Shown here in pieces: positions 62,588 to 64,000 of a DNA stretch of 64,000 nucleotides. Origin of the DNA: a virus. The notes beneath the pieces are model-generated. The model saw only the letters and a program-made list of their open reading frames with translations. It was not told the origin of the DNA and made no database searches. How positions within the stretch are numbered: the stretch's first letter is position 1; each line of letters begins with the position of its first letter. The stretch covers positions 32,001-96,000 of the IMG/VR virus record IMGVR_UViG_3300017991_000060. One strand, written 5' to 3'. Both the position numbers and the translations under genes were made by a program.

Positions 62588-63298
62588 CTAGGGCGAGTAA
62601 AAGTAGGTGACCCTCACCCGATCATTCGGTGCCTGCAAACTGTAAGGACTAGCCCATGTCAAGGTCTGGCCCACGATGTTGTAGTGGAGTCCGTACGTTG
62701 CGCCTACACCATTCACCTGCATCTCAACGAGAGACGGGTCGCTGGGTACCTTCGACAGCACGAACACGGTCTGACCCGTGGTGGGCGTGAACAGATCCAC
62801 CCAAGGCAAAATGGCGGCCCCAACCACCAAGTCGTCCACACGCTCCCAAAGAGCAAGGTGCTGATCGAGGAGCCGGTTGAAGTCCGCGGCCTGCCACAAC
62901 CGCGGATCGTCGTCGTCCTCCCAAGGCGTGCCCTCCTCGAACGCGGGCCACTGATAATCCAGGCCGATGCTCGTCGGCGGAGGCGCATAGAAAAGGGCCT
63001 GATCTTGGACCCACCAACGATGCACACCGTGGTCCGTCGCGCCCGGCTTCTGAATGAGGACGGTGTGAAACTGGTTGGCGCGCGAAGCGAGGCCGAGCTC
63101 GGTGGGCGTCGTGTACCTCACCTCGTCGTCTTGCCAGGAGAGAACCGTGGCCGCGAAGGGGCCGCCGAGGCTCCCAAGGGGATCGAAGAGGACGCTCCCA
63201 AGGTTCACGCCGAACCCAACGCCCTCCACCGTAACATCGATGCCAGCGCCGCCGCCGCGGGGGGTAACGTTCTCGATCCGAACGGCAGTCAGGACCAT
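62588..63298 (-). CDS. IPT/TIG (Ig-like) domain virion protein
   Basis: IENVTPRGG.AG.DVTVEGVGFG...VLSWQDDEVRYTTP is an IPT/TIG pattern. Confidence 0.75.
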   Translation of the reverse strand: MVLTAVRIENVTPRGGGAGIDVTVEGVGFGVNLGSVLFDPLGSLGGPFAATVLSWQDDEVRYTTPTELGLASRANQFHTVLIQKPGATDHGVHRWWVQDQALFYAPPPTSIGLDYQWPAFEEGTPWEDDDDPRLWQAADFNRLLDQHLALWERVDDLVVGAAILPWVDLFTPTTGQTVFVLSKVPSDPSLVEMQVNGVGATYGLHYNIVGQTLTWASPYSLQAPNDRVRVTYFYSP

Positions 63299-63301
63299 GA
63301 C

Positions 63302-64000
63302 CTACCTCTCCCGCGCGTTCCTTATACCGGCCAAATCTACGGCGACGGTAACGAACGCCTGATTCTCGATGGGGTCGATGGCGCGGACAGTATTCCCTTC
63401 GTCGAAGGTGTACCGCTGCCCCATGTACTCCACCTCCACATCCCGAGCGGCTCTGTAGGTCCTCGCGCTGACTCGGACGAAATGGCCCTTGGATACCAAG
63501 TCTCGCAACGGCAAGCGTAACATCGGGAGGGGAGGGCTTTCCAGCTCCTCGTTGTGAGGCGTGTATTGCGGAGGCGGCCCGAGACGCTCCAGGTCACGAA
63601 GACTCTGGATCTGCACTCCCGCGATGAGCGGCATCGACTCGACGGCCGCGCCGCGCTTGTTGTAAGCGCGTACGATAATGATCGGCTCGTTACGCTCGCT
63701 CAACGCCACCGGCACATCGAGGTACGCCTGGACGCCGGAGAGCCACGCCTCCATGCGGGTGCCGCGGAAGCGCACCCTGACCTCGGCCAGCTCACCGACC
63801 CGCCAGATGTCCTCCGGTCGCGTGCCGGGGTCGAAGGAGGCCGCCGCCACAACGGACGGGGCGGCCCCAGCGGCCTGGACGGCCTCGAACGCAACGGGGA
63901 GCGTCCACCCACCAGCGAGCGTCCACTCGGCGCGGGCGCGCGCCCCTACGTAGATCGAGGCGTCCTCCGAGGACCTAAACCCGGCGAGGACCTCCAGGGT
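63302..64000 (-). CDS. Hypothetical protein, 5' end outside the window
   Basis: The frame of the tracked ORF 63302-63850 stays open to position 64000. Confidence 0.6.
   Translation of the reverse strand, partial: TLEVLAGFRSSEDASIYVGARARAEWTLAGGWTLPVAFEAVQAAGAAPSVVAAASFDPGTRPEDIWRVGELAEVRVRFRGTRMEAWLSGVQAYLDVPVALSERNEPIIIVRAYNKRGAAVESMPLIAGVQIQSLRDLERLGPPPQYTPHNEELESPPLPMLRLPLRDLVSKGHFVRVSARTYRAARDVEVEYMGQRYTFDEGNTVRAIDPIENQAFVTVAVDLAGIRNARER

Noticed and set aside
1-64000. CRISPR array, tRNA or rRNA genes
   Set aside because: No regularly spaced repeat-spacer series. The few intergenic gaps are short and show no cloverleaf or T-loop pattern. A tRNAscan/Infernal run would be the definitive check.
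1-64000. Stop-codon reassignment
   Set aside because: Core genes are full length under code 11 and end in TAG, TGA or TAA with tight coupling to the next start.

Overview
A contiguous 64-kb segment of a high-GC (about two-thirds GC by eye) large tailed bacteriophage with a contractile tail. Every credible gene is on the minus strand, tightly packed, often with ATGA/TGATG/GTGA coupling and AGGAGG-type ribosome-binding sites. TAA, TAG and TGA all serve as stops, so the code is standard 11. In transcription order (right to left) the window holds: fibre/Ig-like virion genes; large cassette-like head proteins; a T4 gp21-like prohead protease; a scaffold; a T4 gp23-like major capsid protein; neck and tail-terminator genes; a 1202-aa sheath, tube, chaperones, tape measure, hub, spike, wedge and fibres; two lipoprotein-like accessory genes; and a self-contained replication/recombination module. 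That module comprises family-4 UDG, HIRAN, an HTH protein, a DnaC-like loader, DnaB, a methyltransferase-like protein, DnaG, SSB, PolA, an AEP primase, an SF2 helicase and RecA cut by the window edge. No portal, terminase, integrase, recognisable lysin/holin, tRNA, rRNA or CRISPR array was seen. Most notable observations: (1) a second promoter class, CTGGAAC-N14/15-TGnTAGnnT, found three times in front of virion genes, alongside sigma70-type promoters in the replication module; (2) one 60-70 aa beta-module reused at least 14 times across seven virion proteins, including capsid, sheath and baseplate; (3) head polyproteins carrying very basic cassettes bounded by putative protease sites; (4) Cys/His metal-binding inserts inside the catalytic cores of PolA, DnaB and the AEP, plus His at PolA position 762. 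Family assignments come from motif recognition only; no searches were run.
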